A DNA stretch of 64,000 bases from Blasia pusilla. Lineage: Eukaryota. The stretch is taken from assembly GCA_050084515.1 (NCBI GenBank), contig CM114271.1, positions 30,008,001 to 30,072,000 of the forward strand. Direction: 5' to 3'. Position numbers and translations under genes: made by a program. How positions within the stretch are numbered: position 1 is the stretch's first letter; every line of letters begins with the position of its first letter. The notes beneath the pieces are model-generated. The model saw nothing but the letters and a program-made list of their open reading frames with translations. It made no database searches and was not told the origin of the DNA. Below are positions 61,676 through 64,000 of the stretch, piece by piece.

Positions 61676-64000
61676 TAGCCAAGTTTGTGAGGTGAGATCT
61701 CGTTGATATCGCTAGCTTGAGTATATCATACTTGGATTGCATCAAGGTCATTTTCACATCTTCCGTGACACACTAATATAATGGAGGAGAGGAATGTGGT
61801 AAGTAGGGTAAACATGGAAGAGGATACTTCTTTCACATGAACATTAGTTATGGGAATAAGCTCAATTTTAGTGTACATTGTATACTCCTTCTTTGTAGTG
61901 TAAATACAAATGGCTAACCATACTTCAACTATCATCAATATATATGTACAATCAAATTTCCAACCTAGAGTTCACTATGTACTCATCCTCAACTACCTCA
62001 ACACCTAATCCTCCATGCATGGTTAATAAGGGAAGGCTTGTCATGATAGGTGACCATAGGTCTATCCCTCTAGTGTCATCCCCTTAAGCTTCACAGGATC
62101 TAGTGGAACCATTATATTATCATATAATTTACATGTAAGAGCATAGAGCAGTTGTTGGACATACCTTGAAAGGTCAGACGTTGATCTCAATAGGTATAGG
62201 GTGACTTTTTTAGGAGGTGGGAAACATGAGTGGGGAGGCTTCCCCTATTTGGGGTCCAATTAGGGATTTGGAGGAACTTAGGGTTGAAGAGGTGAGATGT
62301 GTGCACATATCACCAAGAAGAAGATTTGGGAGAGGGAGAGCCTATAGACAATAGAGACCTCACTCTATTGTCGTTGAACCTCCTTCCATGAGGCAACAAA
62401 GCTATGATGTCTTGCCTTGTGAGTTATCCTAAGCATCTCGCTATGAGCAGAGGTTTGGATATAACAAAGCTTTGTGATGTGATAATGTTTCCCCTACTTA
62501 CCACATTTGTCTCTTTGTTTATATGTACAAAGAGTGAATGAGAGAGAACTGTTAAAATAGGAAATTTTGCCATGAGGGAACTGTAGAGCTAGAGTATAGA
62601 TATTAGACATTTACTATGTAAGCACAAACTAATGTGCCTAGTCGTAAGAGTGCCATGGAGGCTTACTTAGCTTCTCTTTGTTGTTGTAAGTTTTAGCTGA
62701 GAATATCAAATGCAAAACAATTGCCAAAATTTTGTAGATTGGAGGCTTTGGGATGGTAAATTGCAATTGCCAAGGAGACTATTTCTTGTTTGAGATTTGC
62801 TCATGTTGGAGATAGAAAGGTTAGGAATGTAATGCAATTAATGGTGTGCAAAATGGGAAAACAAGGGGCAAGTTGTAACAATGGTGCCTAATGTGACGCC
62901 CTAGGATGTTGTGTGTGTGGTTGCCCGTGTCGGCATCATGCATGGTTTTAGACTTACGACATACGTAGAACCCTAAAAATGCATCAAGATGTCTTGCATT
63001 TTAATGCAAAATAGGGTTAGGTCATCTAAATGATCCTCTAGTTTGTAAACCATCTACATTTTGGGTGGGTGTGGGGAAGGAACACCGAGCGTTGGGAGCA
63101 TCAAGAGGGTATGCCAATGCCACGAGGGGATGATTGGATGTTGAGCGTTGACAAAGGGCTTTAGGGATGGGCTTCGGAAGAGGCATAAAAAACTTACCAC
63201 TAAATTTGTTAGTGCCTTCAACCATTTTTGATGAATGTTTGCAATTTAAAAAAAAATTCAAACCAAAATTTTGCGAGTGCTAAACCTTGATATAGGCTTC
63301 TTTATGTATAAGGGGGCCATTAGGGATGTAAGTCAAGAGGTGGATATCAAATTTCCAAAATTCACTAAAGCAAGTGTGAGTTACTTGAAAATATATTGCA
63401 AGTAATATATCTTAAATATTTGAAGATAGTTTCTTTAGCAGATTTTGGGGCTAGAATAGATCAACGCATGTCTTTTCTGTAGCTTGGGAAGACAAGAAAT
63501 TAGAAGGGAAGAATATCTTATATTGTTTTAGTCCAAGGATATCATAAATATGGAAGACTAGTATCATACTAAAGAATGAAACCTAGAGGTCTAACTACCT
63601 CAATATGCACCACATATCCACATAGACACGTGATTGCTCATGTCTCGCAAAATGAAATCATCAAATGGAAGTGACATAAAATGACAAGTATTATATCAAA
63701 CTTGATTTGTAAAATCCCAATCTCAAATTGGTACATTTTATAAATTTTGTTATAGTTTACTCAAATAGAGTGGATGCACAATGCCTATTGAGATTCCAAG
63801 ATGTGTCAGTCAAATGTTGTAGGTCAAATGCTAATAAATTAGGACAAGAAAATTTACTAGTGGTTGTAATATGGTTGGCATTGAAGGAACTAACTTGCAT
63901 AAGTACTAACTTAAATATATACCGCCAGTGAGAATATGCACAAAAATAATCAACGAATTTAATTTTTATTTCTATACATAAAGTTAGAGGCAAGGAGGTT

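Noticed and set aside
62540-63030. Copia RNase H tail, PPT and LTR starts (TGTAACA at 62874, TGTGACGCCC at 62892)
   Set aside because: Motifs are too decayed and there is no partner LTR in the window.
1-64000. CRISPR arrays, rRNA, tRNA or prokaryotic operons
   Set aside because: None seen. The window is eukaryotic, with spliceosomal introns.

Overview
AT-rich, intron-containing plant genomic DNA. A non-seed land plant such as a bryophyte is likely, but this is inferred only from the gene and TE content. There are four host genes, all on the minus strand: MBF1c (9572-10006), a multi-exon CDC7 kinase (~11726-17506), the autophagy receptor NBR1 (30979-34220) and an Oca1/Siw14-family (PFA-DSP) phosphatase (39502-41756). 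They are separated by decayed transposons: hAT MITEs, a decayed RepHel Helitron with a spliced passenger gene, small non-autonomous Helitrons, Ty3/gypsy and copia remnants, and an internally deleted chromovirus. The most notable feature is a ~10.4-kb degenerate Ty3/gypsy-type retroelement (49584-60011, minus). Its pol carries a C5 DNA-cytosine methyltransferase domain (DNMT3-like motif order) between protease and RT, in the RT reading frame, and a C4HC3 PHD finger after the integrase. Its termini are not a normal LTR pair but a split direct repeat (B-internal-A-B-A), with a diverged solo B-A copy at ~35445-36060. Exon and element boundaries were read by eye and are approximate where marked.
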